From Candidatus Saccharimonadales bacterium (lineage in GTDB: Bacteria > Patescibacteriota > Saccharimonadia > Saccharimonadales > UBA10212), in assembly GCA_049521895.1 (NCBI GenBank), contig JBEKOJ010000001.1, positions 554,478 through 618,477 on the forward strand: 64,000 nucleotides of DNA, written 5' to 3'. The notes beneath the pieces are model-generated. The model was not told where the DNA came from. It did not search any database and saw nothing but the letters and a program-made list of their open reading frames with translations. A program made the translations under genes and the position numbers. Positions 19,380-30,600 of the stretch are shown here, one piece after another (within the stretch, counting starts at the first letter, position 1; each line of letters opens with the position of its first letter).

Positions 19380-20726
19380 CTACTGCGGCGGCACTATGCC
19401 ATTAAATTCAAAGTGCATAAAGTCTTTCGGTTGCTGCCAGTTGCCACCCCAGGTGAACCCGTTATCGTTAAAAGCTGTAATGTATTCTTGGGGCATGTCG
19501 TGCGGGACGTCTGCCCCGCTTTCTGAAAACGGGTTTGTGTCCCAGTTGATATCACACGCCGCACCATATGTATGGTAACTACGAAGGCCGATATTAGATG
19601 TACCATTATCTGAGTCAAATCGATAACAGCCCATTTCTCGGATTTGATATGTAGAGCCACTTTGTTGAATCTCCAGTGCAACGGCGGAAAGGCAGGGAGC
19701 TACCAGCGGATTAACCTGGACGGAATTACCCAGGAAATTCACTGTTACTTGTTTTGCTTCCATAGATGCATGATCATCTTGAGTGCCGGGATCACCGAAA
19801 ATTGCTGTTAATTGGGCTTGAGAATATTCACCGCCTGAACCGCCTACGGATCCAGTAACTGGACTGTTAACACCGCAAGAACCAGAACCCGAAAAACAGG
19901 GACTACCATAACCGGAAGTTGAACCACCGGAAAAAGCTACAGGTAGTGGTACGGGCGAAGCCACGTCCCAATACTGGTTAATTAATGATTGCGCTTGCCC
20001 AACAAACGCTTTGTAATTTGAACCATCGGAGGTCGCAGAGCCTTGGACGGCCTGGACGGCTACCCAAGGTTGCCATGATTGCCAACCTGATTTGTCTTGT
20101 AAGCCTTTGCTTAATGCTGAAGGCGCATTTGACCCCGTTGGGCTTCCAAAAAATGCCTCGGCCGAATAGGCCGGGTCCATAAGTTGCCAAACCGCCGCTT
20201 GGTTGGAATCAGCTTCTGGCCCGGATGCGATGGTACTCCAATTCTGCGATGGTCTTTGCTGAAATACGCCTACAGAATCAAAATTACTGCCATCACCCTG
20301 CTTAGTCGGATTACTTTCTGATACGGGGACAGTTGTATTAGCAAGGATTGTTAGATGAGACTCGTCAAGTCCGGCCATCAATCCGACTAGTGCAGCATCC
20401 TTTCCAAGATTGTTCGTCTTGGCAATACCCATAATTGTCTTGGCAACTTCTACTTGTGATCGGCTAATTGCGGTACCCCCGTCACTGGCGCTACCGCTGC
20501 CTGTGGTAATGCCGGGGCTGGAGCCACAATAGCTACTACTGATACTATTCGGGTCATAATATGGGGTGCCGCCCAAAATGCTCTGGATGTCGGAGCTGGA
20601 TATGGCAGCTACTGATGGTTGAAGAAAAAGCACAAGGATCCCAGTCAAATAAAGTACTGACCTAAGATGACGGTGAATGGGAAATATCCGCGCTAAGCGT
20701 CTAACCTGATACATTTTGTACCCCAA
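19380..20726 (-). CDS. secreted peptidase M15 (VanY-like D-Ala-D-Ala carboxypeptidase fold) cell-wall hydrolase
   Basis: A signal peptide and a Gly/Ser-rich linker; the C-terminal SYHTYGAACDIN fits the S-x-H-x-x-G-x-A-x-D zinc motif of the M15 family and DFMHFEF supplies the second His. Confidence 0.65.
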   Translation of the reverse strand: MGYKMYQVRRLARIFPIHRHLRSVLYLTGILVLFLQPSVAAISSSDIQSILGGTPYYDPNSISSSYCGSSPGITTGSGSASDGGTAISRSQVEVAKTIMGIAKTNNLGKDAALVGLMAGLDESHLTILANTTVPVSESNPTKQGDGSNFDSVGVFQQRPSQNWSTIASGPEADSNQAAVWQLMDPAYSAEAFFGSPTGSNAPSALSKGLQDKSGWQSWQPWVAVQAVQGSATSDGSNYKAFVGQAQSLINQYWDVASPVPLPVAFSGGSTSGYGSPCFSGSGSCGVNSPVTGSVGGSGGEYSQAQLTAIFGDPGTQDDHASMEAKQVTVNFLGNSVQVNPLVAPCLSAVALEIQQSGSTYQIREMGCYRFDSDNGTSNIGLRSYHTYGAACDINWDTNPFSESGADVPHDMPQEYITAFNDNGFTWGGNWQQPKDFMHFEFNGIVPPQ

Positions 20727-23268
20727 CTAGCTCGTTAAGCGTGTTTTGGTAGCTTTCGTTGAGTCGCCAACGGAAGACCATATTATTATTTGGCCCCAAA
20801 TTCGACGATGAGCAGTTACCAGAGTCTATGACATTACCATCACTATCTCGTCTAATCGAACCGTCTGTTAGCAAGTTGCCTATCTGGGCATTGGGGTCAG
20901 GCGTTAAGTTGCCTTGATCGTCTGACAAGTACCCAAAGCAGTGCGCGTACGCCTTGGCTATAGAAGGGGCTTGACCGCTATCCGCTAAAATCTTAGCGTT
21001 GACCAGCGGATCGTAACTCGGGTCGTCATTTATCAGTTTTTCTTCGGCTGTGCTCCAGCCAAACTGGACCATGTTGTAGTCGCTGTTTACATCGCTGGCG
21101 GTAGCAGCCGCGGCGTGGCCTATTAATAAGTGGCTAAAAGGCGAGAATATTGTGGCAAAAAGCTTTGGAATGTGAGTAAAAAGATTTGGTAGGTCGCTAA
21201 ACTTCCAGCTGGAAATTTGCATGGCAAAATTTCCGAACAGCGAGTTGGGGTTGGAAAGGGCGAAGTATTTTTCATATGTCCCTTGGCTCTGATTCTGCAG
21301 TGCTACATAGGACCTATCCTCAGTTTCCACTGATTTGGTCTCTGTGGTTGTCAGCGGCCTGCCAAACTGCTGTTGCTGGGTCATCTGGTTACCATATGCC
21401 GTGAAGCCCATGTCGGCTTGGTTGGCAAAATCATTACTGTCCATACCGTTTATGAACGACCCCATCTCGGCGAGCACTATCATCCGTGCGGCGTACGAGG
21501 CGCCAGTAGTCAAGGCGGCACTTTTACCGGCACTGACGGCATATTTTTGAGCCGTATTTCTAATTGATGCCCGTCCTTCGCGGGTCACGAACTTCTGGAT
21601 TAGCGGTTGAACTACAGCCTTCAGGGCATCCGAAGCCGTTTGGCTGGCTGTTTCTTCGCCTGCCTGTGATTCACCGCCAGTAAAAACGGCGGCAAATAAA
21701 TTACCGATTGTCAGCCCGCCGGCAACCCAGATGCTGGTTATCGCCGGGCACACGGTTTTGACTATATTGCCGGCGTAAGTGGCGACTAAACTATTGCCAA
21801 ATAGCGCGCTAAAAATTGTAAAGTCCCCGGTGCGTCCGGCTTGCGGTGAAACCTCACCCGAAGTATCAGCGTAACCGTTTTTAGCGATTTGTGCAGGTAT
21901 AGAATCGGTTATGTCGCCGATTCTCCTGTTCATGGCGGCCACGGCTTCGGCGGTGGTACCGCCGCCTTTTTCCTGGTCGGCACTTATAGCTACCGCAAAA
22001 GCGGTTTTTATGGCGGCGGCATTTTGGCTGTTTAGAAAAGTACTTGAAGCTTGAGCCGAACCGTCATAAACCAAGCAGACCGGCAAACCTATGGCATAAA
22101 CCGGGGAAGTATAAGATAATATTTTGGAAAGCCCGCCGCTGGCTGTCGCCGAACTTACTCCGTTATTAATGGCATCAGTGATTGATGAAGCGAGGCCATT
22201 ATTCTTTACCAACTCGTCGGTGCAGGGATCATTAGCCAGACAATTTTTAAGGGCTTGCTTACCATCGTCCACAGCAGTTTGCTCAGGCGCTGTTACCAGC
22301 TTATCATTGGCGGGTGTATCGATCTTGCTCTCAGCGTCCCGCAAAGCTTGTCTATCGGCAGCAGCTTGTTTCAAACCGCGGTAATTGGCACCCAGCTTCT
22401 CCCACCACTGCAGACTGATACCGTAGGAGCTTAGCAGCTGTTTGGATACACTGCTTCGTACTAAGTAGTTACTACCATCAAGAGCCTCATTGACTCCACC
22501 GCTGATCTGCGCTGAAAACCGTATACGCTCCTTATAGTTATTGACCAGATCACTGAGACTGCCATATTTGTAATTTGGCACCTCTATCCGCTCGCCGTTC
22601 ATAATTATGGCGTTAAGTTTCTGGGCACCGAGGACACCTTTACCATATTCAAAGTCCAAAACGCCGTTGGCTTTCATATTACTAATAACTTTCGTAGGCC
22701 TAAAGGTATTGAATGTCTTACCCAAAGGAGTCTTACCAACCAAAGCCGTGGTGTCACCCTCAACCCCGGCGTCAAATGCTGCTCGATCAGCAGTTAGGAT
22801 GGAAGACTGCTTATAAAATGTCCGAGACAGCCGGGCCAGGCGGTAGCCCTCGATTTCGGCTGCCAGCTGCGGGAGTTTGAGGGATGGTAGTAAAAGTGCT
22901 AGGAAGAAAATTATCGGTAAAATGATCAAACCTGCCCCACCGCCGGCAATTAATACAGCCCGACGGTGCTGACCAAACCAGGAGGGTTTTTGCAAAACAT
23001 GCCTATAGCCTCTGCCTACTTGATTAGCGTGTCTCGACAAAGCCGAATCATTCGGGTTATTTTGCGGCTCTTGTTTACCGTCCCCGCCGGTTGGTTCTCG
23101 TTCTGCACTTCCAAGTTCCTCGCGACTAGGTGTGTCATCACTTTTTTTACTAGTTCCGCCTGGAGCGGAGGAAGGCGCATTGCCTGGTTGATCATAACTG
23201 CCTCCTGAGGATTGATATAAATCTTTCGGTTCGCCTTGGCCGTACCTGGTATCATCTGTATCAGGCAT
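20701..23268 (-). CDS. large membrane-anchored protein of the T4SS-like locus (function unknown)
   Basis: 855 aa; a disordered acidic/Pro-rich N-terminus, a single TM (AVLIAGGGAGLIILPIIFFLALLLP) and a large extracytoplasmic domain. Confidence 0.3.
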   Translation of the reverse strand: MPDTDDTRYGQGEPKDLYQSSGGSYDQPGNAPSSAPGGTSKKSDDTPSREELGSAEREPTGGDGKQEPQNNPNDSALSRHANQVGRGYRHVLQKPSWFGQHRRAVLIAGGGAGLIILPIIFFLALLLPSLKLPQLAAEIEGYRLARLSRTFYKQSSILTADRAAFDAGVEGDTTALVGKTPLGKTFNTFRPTKVISNMKANGVLDFEYGKGVLGAQKLNAIIMNGERIEVPNYKYGSLSDLVNNYKERIRFSAQISGGVNEALDGSNYLVRSSVSKQLLSSYGISLQWWEKLGANYRGLKQAAADRQALRDAESKIDTPANDKLVTAPEQTAVDDGKQALKNCLANDPCTDELVKNNGLASSITDAINNGVSSATASGGLSKILSYTSPVYAIGLPVCLVYDGSAQASSTFLNSQNAAAIKTAFAVAISADQEKGGGTTAEAVAAMNRRIGDITDSIPAQIAKNGYADTSGEVSPQAGRTGDFTIFSALFGNSLVATYAGNIVKTVCPAITSIWVAGGLTIGNLFAAVFTGGESQAGEETASQTASDALKAVVQPLIQKFVTREGRASIRNTAQKYAVSAGKSAALTTGASYAARMIVLAEMGSFINGMDSNDFANQADMGFTAYGNQMTQQQQFGRPLTTTETKSVETEDRSYVALQNQSQGTYEKYFALSNPNSLFGNFAMQISSWKFSDLPNLFTHIPKLFATIFSPFSHLLIGHAAAATASDVNSDYNMVQFGWSTAEEKLINDDPSYDPLVNAKILADSGQAPSIAKAYAHCFGYLSDDQGNLTPDPNAQIGNLLTDGSIRRDSDGNVIDSGNCSSSNLGPNNNMVFRWRLNESYQNTLNELVGVQNVSG

Positions 23269-23274
23269 CGGGAG

Positions 23275-25197
23275 CTAGACTCCAGTGGTCTGTTGGTCAG
23301 CCGGAGAAGATACGGGTTCAGCTGGCACTTGCATTGCTTGTAGATCTACCGACTGTTCAAGGCTTGGCTGAGGGGTTACGCTGGAATTAGTTGAAATCAA
23401 GTCGGTCTCGGTCGGGCTGGCGATGACTTGGATGTGTACATGATTCTGGCCAGCGAAAAATAGCCCCTGGCCAACCGGGAATTGGCTGAGGCGCTTTTTT
23501 TCCTCGTCAGTTAGCTTAAATACGTCAGCTAATACATCTACGGCGGTTGGCGATTGCTTGAGCAAAATCTGCACGCTGGCGTTGGCCACCACTGCCCGGC
23601 CCATGCGGCTAGCCATGAAATCTTCTACGTCCTGCGTAACCGTAGTTAGTCCAAGGTCGTATTTGCGCGCCCGCTTAGCCAGACTGAACAAAAAGTTGGC
23701 ACTGTCTTCATAGCGCATTAATTGCCAGGCTTCGTCAACTATCAAGATGCGGCGTTTACGTTCGGCTTTAGTCCGGTTCCAAATGTAGTTGAGAACTATA
23801 TACATGGCGACAGGCCTGAGCTCGTCTTCCAGGTCGCGGATATTAAAGACTACCATCGGGTTATTGACATTGACATTACTGGGCTGGCTGAAAATACCGG
23901 CGAAGGTACCGCTGGTATATTTGCGTAGACGCTGGGCCAGCTGTGGGCCGGTACCGCCCATATGCAGCAACGTGTCATAAAGGTCGCTCACAGTAGGCGG
24001 TGGCGAACCATGGGTCAGTGGGTCGTTGGTGATTCCGGCTTTGGCGTAGGTTTCAATCAGAGCGGCATCAAGATCGGCTTCCTCCGTAGGGCTAAGTGCC
24101 GGTACCGTTGTAGTTGCCCCTTGGGTTATCTGAGTCTGGGCACCGCCCATCATTAAGCGCAGTAAACCATGCAAAGTTATCAGATTAGACCGGAGCGCAT
24201 TATCGGCCTCTTCGGCATCAACCACCTGCGGCAAATCGAACGGGTTTATGCGGGTATCGCTATTTAAACTAAGCCGTATATATGTACCGCCCACGGCATC
24301 GCACATCTTTTGATACTCGTTTTCCGGATCGACAATAAAGATTTCGGTTCCGAACATCATGCTGCGTAGCGCCTCCAACTTAACAGTGAAGCTTTTGCCG
24401 GCGCCGGATTTGGCAAATACCACACTGTTGCCGTTCTCCAAGCTAAAGCGGTCAAAAATTACCAAGCCGGAGTTGTGCATGTTAATGCCGTAAAGAATGC
24501 CATTATCCTGGGTTAAGTCGGCGCTGGTAAACGGGAAACTGGTAGAAATGGCGCCAGTATTCATGTTGCGGTAAATCTGCAACTGATCAGTAAACTGCGG
24601 CAGGATACTATTTAAGCCTTGCTCCTGTTGGGTGCTGGCGGCTTTGGAATAGACCAGCTGCTGTCCCAGCAGCGACTCTACCTTGTGGCTGATAAACTCC
24701 AGCTCCTCCAACGAGTCGCCATAAATCGTAAAGTACAGCCCGAAGCGGAAAAAACGCTCCTCGCCTACCTGCAGCTTATCGCGCATTTCTTCGGCGTCCT
24801 GTACGGCGGCCTGCTTGCCTGGGTCGCGCACCCTGCCCTTTTCGGTGTCAATCTGAATGCCGGCCTCCAGCTGACTGACTTTTTTACGCAAGTTGTTTAA
24901 AACTACTTGGTTATCAACGGGGTGGATTATAATTGACAGGTCTATAACTTCGTCGAGGTTGACCATGCTTGATAGCCAGCCGGTATAAATCTGACGAGGA
25001 TAGCCATAAACGTAATATGCCCGGGCGTAACGGGTCCCCAGCTGAAAGTAATTATTGTTAAATACTAGTGAGCTGGGCGCGATAAAATCCCGTAGCGCCG
25101 TGATGCCTTTGGTAAAAGCGGCATTAACCTGCTGTTGTTCCATGGCCTGCAAGGCCGCTGGATCCGTCGTGGAGGACTTCCTCTTAAATAATGCCAT
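23275..25197 (-). CDS. VirB4/TrbE-family type IV secretion ATPase
   Basis: Walker A FAKSGAGKSF, Walker B RRILIVDEAWQLM (a DEAW-type box), a downstream LGLTTVTQDVEDF motif, and an N-terminal domain with the YPRQIYTGWLSSMVNLDEVIDLSIIIHP pattern seen in monoderm VirB4 homologues. Confidence 0.8.
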   Translation of the reverse strand: MALFKRKSSTTDPAALQAMEQQQVNAAFTKGITALRDFIAPSSLVFNNNYFQLGTRYARAYYVYGYPRQIYTGWLSSMVNLDEVIDLSIIIHPVDNQVVLNNLRKKVSQLEAGIQIDTEKGRVRDPGKQAAVQDAEEMRDKLQVGEERFFRFGLYFTIYGDSLEELEFISHKVESLLGQQLVYSKAASTQQEQGLNSILPQFTDQLQIYRNMNTGAISTSFPFTSADLTQDNGILYGINMHNSGLVIFDRFSLENGNSVVFAKSGAGKSFTVKLEALRSMMFGTEIFIVDPENEYQKMCDAVGGTYIRLSLNSDTRINPFDLPQVVDAEEADNALRSNLITLHGLLRLMMGGAQTQITQGATTTVPALSPTEEADLDAALIETYAKAGITNDPLTHGSPPPTVSDLYDTLLHMGGTGPQLAQRLRKYTSGTFAGIFSQPSNVNVNNPMVVFNIRDLEDELRPVAMYIVLNYIWNRTKAERKRRILIVDEAWQLMRYEDSANFLFSLAKRARKYDLGLTTVTQDVEDFMASRMGRAVVANASVQILLKQSPTAVDVLADVFKLTDEEKKRLSQFPVGQGLFFAGQNHVHIQVIASPTETDLISTNSSVTPQPSLEQSVDLQAMQVPAEPVSSPADQQTTGV

Positions 25198-25212
25198 GGG
25201 CTCTCCACAACG

Positions 25213-25333
25213 GATTTATCATTTTCCATTTATCATTTTCCATTAATTTAACATTGACCATTGGGCATTGGCTGAAATTGTTAAATGACAAATGGAAAAT
25301 CAATGCGAAATGTGAAATGCGAAATGTGAAATG
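25213..25333. repeat. AATG/CATT-pentamer hairpin element (5' of VirB4 gene)
   Basis: ATCATTTTCCATTTATCATTTTCCATTAATTTAACATTGACCATTGGGCATTGG ... AAATGACAAATGGAAAATCAATGCGAAATGTGAAATGCGAAATGTGAAATGG; the CATT arm and AATG arm are roughly reverse-complementary. Confidence 0.6.
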
Positions 25334-25338
25334 GCTCA

Positions 25339-26241
25339 TCATGATGAGCCTTCCTCACCCACGTTGGGTTGGGGCACCGTGCTAGTGTCTTTAGTAATGA
25401 CTGGCGAACTTAAATCATCAAAGTTCTTGAGCTGCTGGCGGGTAGCGGTGTCGGGGTTGTAAGCGTCGTAGTAAAGCTCGATCAGCTCCTGGGTGTCTAG
25501 CGGCAGGCTCTGCACACCGCACTGCATCAGGCCTTGCATGACAGCTTGCACACGGTTGCGCAACTCAGTCTTGGCTTTTTCCATCGTATTTTCATCAATC
25601 ACTACGTGCGGCGTTTTATTCTTACTGAATACCTCGGTTAAACCAGTAAAAAAACTAGTGCTTTGGCGCAAGGCACTGCGGGCGTTCTCGCTGATATCCG
25701 GATAGCCAATCACCAAGTAGAATTTCTTGTCCATGATGTTAGTCTGCTGGGCGATGTCGGCCAAAAACGCTAGGTAATCTTCCATGAGCATCCCCAGCAG
25801 CATGTTATCCTGTCCTACCCTGATTTTATCCAGCTTTTCTAAATATGGGCGTAAATCAACTTTCTGGCTGCGGATGAAAATCTGCACCGGAAAATATAGC
25901 GAGTTCAAAAAGCCTTGGTAGCTAAATTCAACAGCCTCGCGTTCCTGCGGGCTCATGAGATCAAAGTTTATGGATTTGCACATAACAACCGCCCGGAATG
26001 TACCGTCGTTCATGATTACTACACCGTCGCGAACCTCGCTAATTAGCAGAGTGTTCTGGGTGCTGTTTGGGCTGGATGTGGTAGCTTTTGGTGTTGCCGC
26101 CGGGGCTGGCCCGCTGCTGGCTGGATCAGCCGGGGCAGCAGCACTGCCCGGAGCAAATTCCTCGCCGGGATATGTCGGTTGGGGTTGGCTGGCTGCTGGT
26201 TGTTGCGGCGACCTACTTGGATTCATCCCGTTAGACTCCAC
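25339..26241 (-). CDS. hypothetical T4SS-associated protein (possible VirB4 N-domain-like)
   Basis: Pro/Ala-rich N-terminus followed by TLLISEVRDGVVIMNDGTFRAVVMCKSINFDLMSPQEREAVEFSYQGFLNSL, which resembles the N-terminal substrate-entry domain pattern of VirB4/TraC; encoded between the VirB3-like and VirB4 genes. Confidence 0.3.
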   Translation of the reverse strand: MESNGMNPSRSPQQPAASQPQPTYPGEEFAPGSAAAPADPASSGPAPAATPKATTSSPNSTQNTLLISEVRDGVVIMNDGTFRAVVMCKSINFDLMSPQEREAVEFSYQGFLNSLYFPVQIFIRSQKVDLRPYLEKLDKIRVGQDNMLLGMLMEDYLAFLADIAQQTNIMDKKFYLVIGYPDISENARSALRQSTSFFTGLTEVFSKNKTPHVVIDENTMEKAKTELRNRVQAVMQGLMQCGVQSLPLDTQELIELYYDAYNPDTATRQQLKNFDDLSSPVITKDTSTVPQPNVGEEGSS

Positions 26242-26415
26242 ACAACTTTCGTACTATTAGTTAACGTCTGAAACTCAGTGATTGCTTCAGCGATCGCATA
26301 AACTTTGTAGGTTTTCTGGAGTCTAACGAGATTCATATTTTTCCACCCTAGCCCGCCTCAATTTTACAAAAGTTTTTGGCGGGTAAATTTTGATATTGCG
26401 CTACGCTCCAATACT

Positions 26416-27561
26416 TTAGTGCAGGGCGACGACAAATTCATTAGGGCTGACCTGCTGCACTTGATTATTGCGATTAGCCAAATGGGCAATTGAGGCCACG
26501 CTTAAATCATTACCGCTTTGGGCTAGCTCCAGTTTAGCAGCTTGCACCTCCGGTGTCACCTGTTGCATCTGTGTATTATTTGCCGGTTTTTGAGTGGTGG
26601 GGGCAGCCCTGTCTTTTGGAGCCGTAGGTTGGCGCGGGGATGGACCCGGTTCAGTGCCAAAATGCTTCGGGAGTTTGCTTTCAAGTTCAGCCTCCTCGTG
26701 GTGCAGGCGATCCAGTAACTGCCTTTCCTCATCCGTTAGATTTGATCCACTTTTATCGTTACCTGTGCTGGAGCCAGGAGCCACGATATTTTTACCCACA
26801 AAGGTAGTGGTGCCAGTTTGGCCATTGGCAGCCTGCTGATCTAGGAAAGTGGAGTCAACGCCCGGCTGTACGGTGGCTCCACCGGCCCGGGCAGCATCAA
26901 TTTTATCAGTGATGGCATTTTTCCGGTTGTCGTCTGCCTGTTGCATCAAAGTTGCAAACTTCTGGGCGGTGGGATTATTCTGCTCGTCTAAAATATCATC
27001 AGCAGCGCGGACATCAACCACCGGTATATCTTGGGTCAGACTGGAAGCTCCAATTAGGCGGTCGGAATCAGCTTGCTCACCCTCTAAATAACCCGGAGCT
27101 GCACCTATATCAACCGCCACGTTTTTAACAGCCCAACCGCGGCTATCCAGTGTACCCGCCAAAGCCTGCAGACGGCTGCGAACTTCTGTTTGCGATAGGT
27201 TTTTAGTGAGCTGTCTGGCGATCTTTTTTGGAGCGGTGATAGTTACCAGCTGGTTAATACCGCTTTGGTCCCAGATGCGGGTGTGTGGCTTAAAAAAGAA
27301 CTTTATGTGTGACAGCAACCACACTTCCGTGGGCTGCTCCCGGCCTAGTGGACTGGCCAAGACGCCAAATAAGGCCATCGGAGGCAAAAAGGCTAGCATT
27401 AATATCCAGCGGACGGAGCCTAGGCTATTGGCAACCAAAAAACGGAACTCCAAAAAGAGCGATACTCCGGCAATCGCCGCATAGACGAAGCTTTTTAGAG
27501 TCAGCGGCCCGACCAACTTATCTTCAGACTCAATGTCCTGAATTACTTTATATACAGCCAT
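26416..27561 (-). CDS. VirB3-like small-membrane-domain protein with a long C-terminal tail
   Basis: Two TM helices near the N-terminus (FVYAAIAGVSLFLEF ... ILMLAFLPPMALFGVLA), the usual VirB3/TcpE topology, immediately upstream of VirB4 genes; the tail is low complexity. Confidence 0.3.
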   Translation of the reverse strand: MAVYKVIQDIESEDKLVGPLTLKSFVYAAIAGVSLFLEFRFLVANSLGSVRWILMLAFLPPMALFGVLASPLGREQPTEVWLLSHIKFFFKPHTRIWDQSGINQLVTITAPKKIARQLTKNLSQTEVRSRLQALAGTLDSRGWAVKNVAVDIGAAPGYLEGEQADSDRLIGASSLTQDIPVVDVRAADDILDEQNNPTAQKFATLMQQADDNRKNAITDKIDAARAGGATVQPGVDSTFLDQQAANGQTGTTTFVGKNIVAPGSSTGNDKSGSNLTDEERQLLDRLHHEEAELESKLPKHFGTEPGPSPRQPTAPKDRAAPTTQKPANNTQMQQVTPEVQAAKLELAQSGNDLSVASIAHLANRNNQVQQVSPNEFVVALH

Positions 27562-27611
27562 AGTTTTCTACCCTTCAGTATCCGATACATAAGCGTTATA
27601 CGCAACATCTT

Positions 27612-30600
27612 CTAAGTGCTGGGTGGCGCCGGCTCAGAAGGCGGAGATTCTTCTTCATTCCTTGGTTGTGGTTCAACACTTCTAATCCCCGGGGGCATGA
27701 CAATACCTGAGCTGGTACCGACCACGGGTCGGATTGTGTCTCCGGGCTGGTATACAGGTTCGTGCACTATTCGTATTTCTCCGGTGGGCGTGGGGACTCC
27801 TATAGTGGGTTGAGTACCCGTTCGTCTAGCAGCCATTTCTCTGGCCAACCTTTGGGTAGCTACCGTGTTCTCGGCCAACTCATTGGAGAATCGGTTAAAC
27901 GCCACAGAACCTAAACTGGTAGGCTGGGCTTCGCCGGGGGCATAAGTTGGAGTTTCTTGAGGCGGCCCTGAGGGGGTAGTGGCAGCAGTCTCGGCCGCGG
28001 TTGCCGGAGCAGTAGTGGAAGTACTTGCCGGCCCTGTGGTTGCCGGAGCAGGGGCACCTGCCGGTGCTGCCGGCCCTGTGGGGGGCGGTACCAGTTCGGA
28101 CTTCGCTGGTTCATAATCGGCAGAGGCGTGCATCTTGGCGAACGCTCTTTCGTTAACTCCAAAGATATTATCTACGGTCAAATCATGAATCTCTCCGTCC
28201 GCACCTTTAAACTGTGTATAGCCCGAAGCTTTCAAAGCATTATCAATGGCTTGTTTGTGCGAGTCCGTACTCTTTAGGCTGGCCATAGAACGTAGGCCCG
28301 ATTCCGAGCCGGCCTGTTTGACGATAAAATCAGTAAACTCCTGCGCCGGTAAGGCACTTTTACCCTCGCCGTAGTACCCATTTCCCTGGTTCCAGCCGCT
28401 GATCTCTTTGGCGAATGTCAGCAAAGTATTTTTGCCAGCTTGAATAATGCCCAGGGTGTCTTCATCTAGGGCTTGCAGTTTTTGCATAAGGTAAGGCTTG
28501 TAGTGAAGTGAACCGTCGGGATTGGTAAACTCCTCTGCATACCTTTCTTCGCGAGGATTATCCCTTATTGCATCTTTACTAACATCAAATTCTCTCCCGT
28601 TAACATCCCTGCCCCTTCTAAAACCAGCCTTAGCCAAGATTTTCTGGTACCTCGCGCCGCCGCGCGGAACATTATTAGGAGTTAAGTCGGGGCGCATCCC
28701 GCCCAGCTCGCCCCAAAGCGACGGGTCCTTAAAAGCCTGGTCCACTAAAGGCCGCCAATCCCAAATAGGGACCATCTTATAATTCTTTGTCACGGGATCT
28801 TGTTGCGGGAAAACAAAGCTCTTGTCAGCCATCTCTAGAAGGGATCTAGCCTGGACGTTATAACGGCCAATAGATTTAAGCAGCTCAGAATCATTCTTCT
28901 CAGTCGCCATCATTGCCAAAATCTGGCTGGATTTCTTACCTGAACCTATGGCATTGGGCCGCATCCCTTGATCGAGCTCCTCGGCACTGAAAAGCCCACT
29001 CCGTCCGGTATCGTTGCCGTCTTTATCAAGCTCTTTCATACCGTATTTTTCTCTCGCTAGCCTGTCGTATTTCCGTACCATATCTGCCGGCATGCCCTGT
29101 TCCTGGGCCTTCCTGACGAAATTATTCCTTAGCGCGTCGTTTCTTTCGGCCATGGTTGACGACCATTGCTGCCCTCTAAAAAGCATCTTGGCCTTGGCAG
29201 CTTTTGTAGGGACAACGCGCCCGCCGGCGATACTCTGTAGTGCTGAAGATAATCTGCGGCTCCCCAACGTTTTCTTGAGCGGGTTGTAGTTATTGGCCCA
29301 CTTATCAGTGGTTTTCTCCCTGGCCCAGTTTTTTAGCGGCTGTTTGGTGGCGCTTTGGATACTCCTTTGCATATTCCCAAGGCTGTTCCCAGCTGCTGAC
29401 ATGGCTGTACCACCCCATTTATAAGCCTTGGGCAATATGGCGAGTGGCAAAAAGTAGCCGGCTATCACCAGCCAAAAATTGATAAACGAGCCATTATTAG
29501 TAGCTCCGCTCACATAAGCGAATATCCTCCCGGCGGCAATTATGGCTACTATCAATGGAAACATCATTAGTACTTTGGTGAAGTTATCCAGCCACATCTT
29601 CCACAACCGCTGCGGCCCCTGCCCCGGTAATATCCATATGGCCAGCGCGAGTGGTGAGAAGATCAGCAGCAAGATAATCAATATTTTGCGGAATACCAGT
29701 ACTGCCAAACCGATTAGCAATGTCAATGCCGCAGAAAATACTGCGAACAACAATGTCGGTAAGAAAGCTATCCCCAAAGTGAGTCCTATAAGCCCCCCCA
29801 GGTAGCCAACGAGTGTGGCTTGGCCTCCGGTAATATGAGCGTTGGTTAATAGCGACCCAAAGTCCAAATTACTTGCACCACCGAAAGGCGCATACATCAA
29901 ATCACCTAGTCCATTACCAATATCATTGACAATATCAACCACCCAGGCAAAAAGCGGCCAGGAAATTTGCATCAATATGGTCGCAATTACCATTTTTGGC
30001 AGCATTTTGCGCACAGTATAGGCATCAAAAGGTCCGCCCCCGATGGCTTGCGAAATAACCATTACCAGCATGACTATAACCAGGATAGCTGTGGCAATAT
30101 TTTTTATGAGCGACCATGCTGTTCTAACCTGGCCCTGTCCACTCCCCAGGTTTTGGGCGCCATTATTCTGGGCGTTGCAGTTTAATCCGCTCTGAATTAT
30201 GCAAAAAGGCAGCTGTTGCTCAAAGACGTGCATTAAGTTAGTAGCGGCGGAATCAGCAGCCTCCAAAGCAGGACAAGCGAACCAAGCCAGCGACCAGCCA
30301 TTGGATTTCAAATCGCAGGCATTCCCTGAGGTTGATATACCGCTCGAAGCCGATACTGGGCCACATGTAGCGCTGGTATCGTCTGGCGCACATTTTCCAC
30401 CGGTTGCAGTACTGCCTATCGCCACCTGATTAATTGGCGCTGCGAACACTTTCCCATCTTTGGCCACATCATATACAAGTGCGAGTACTTGGAGTGATCC
30501 GTCAGAATTTATTGAGGCTAAAAGTGCAAAGTCCGTGCCATTGGGCGCACCTGCTGCTGGTTGGTAGACATAGAACTTTACCTCCCGGGTATCGGGTGAG

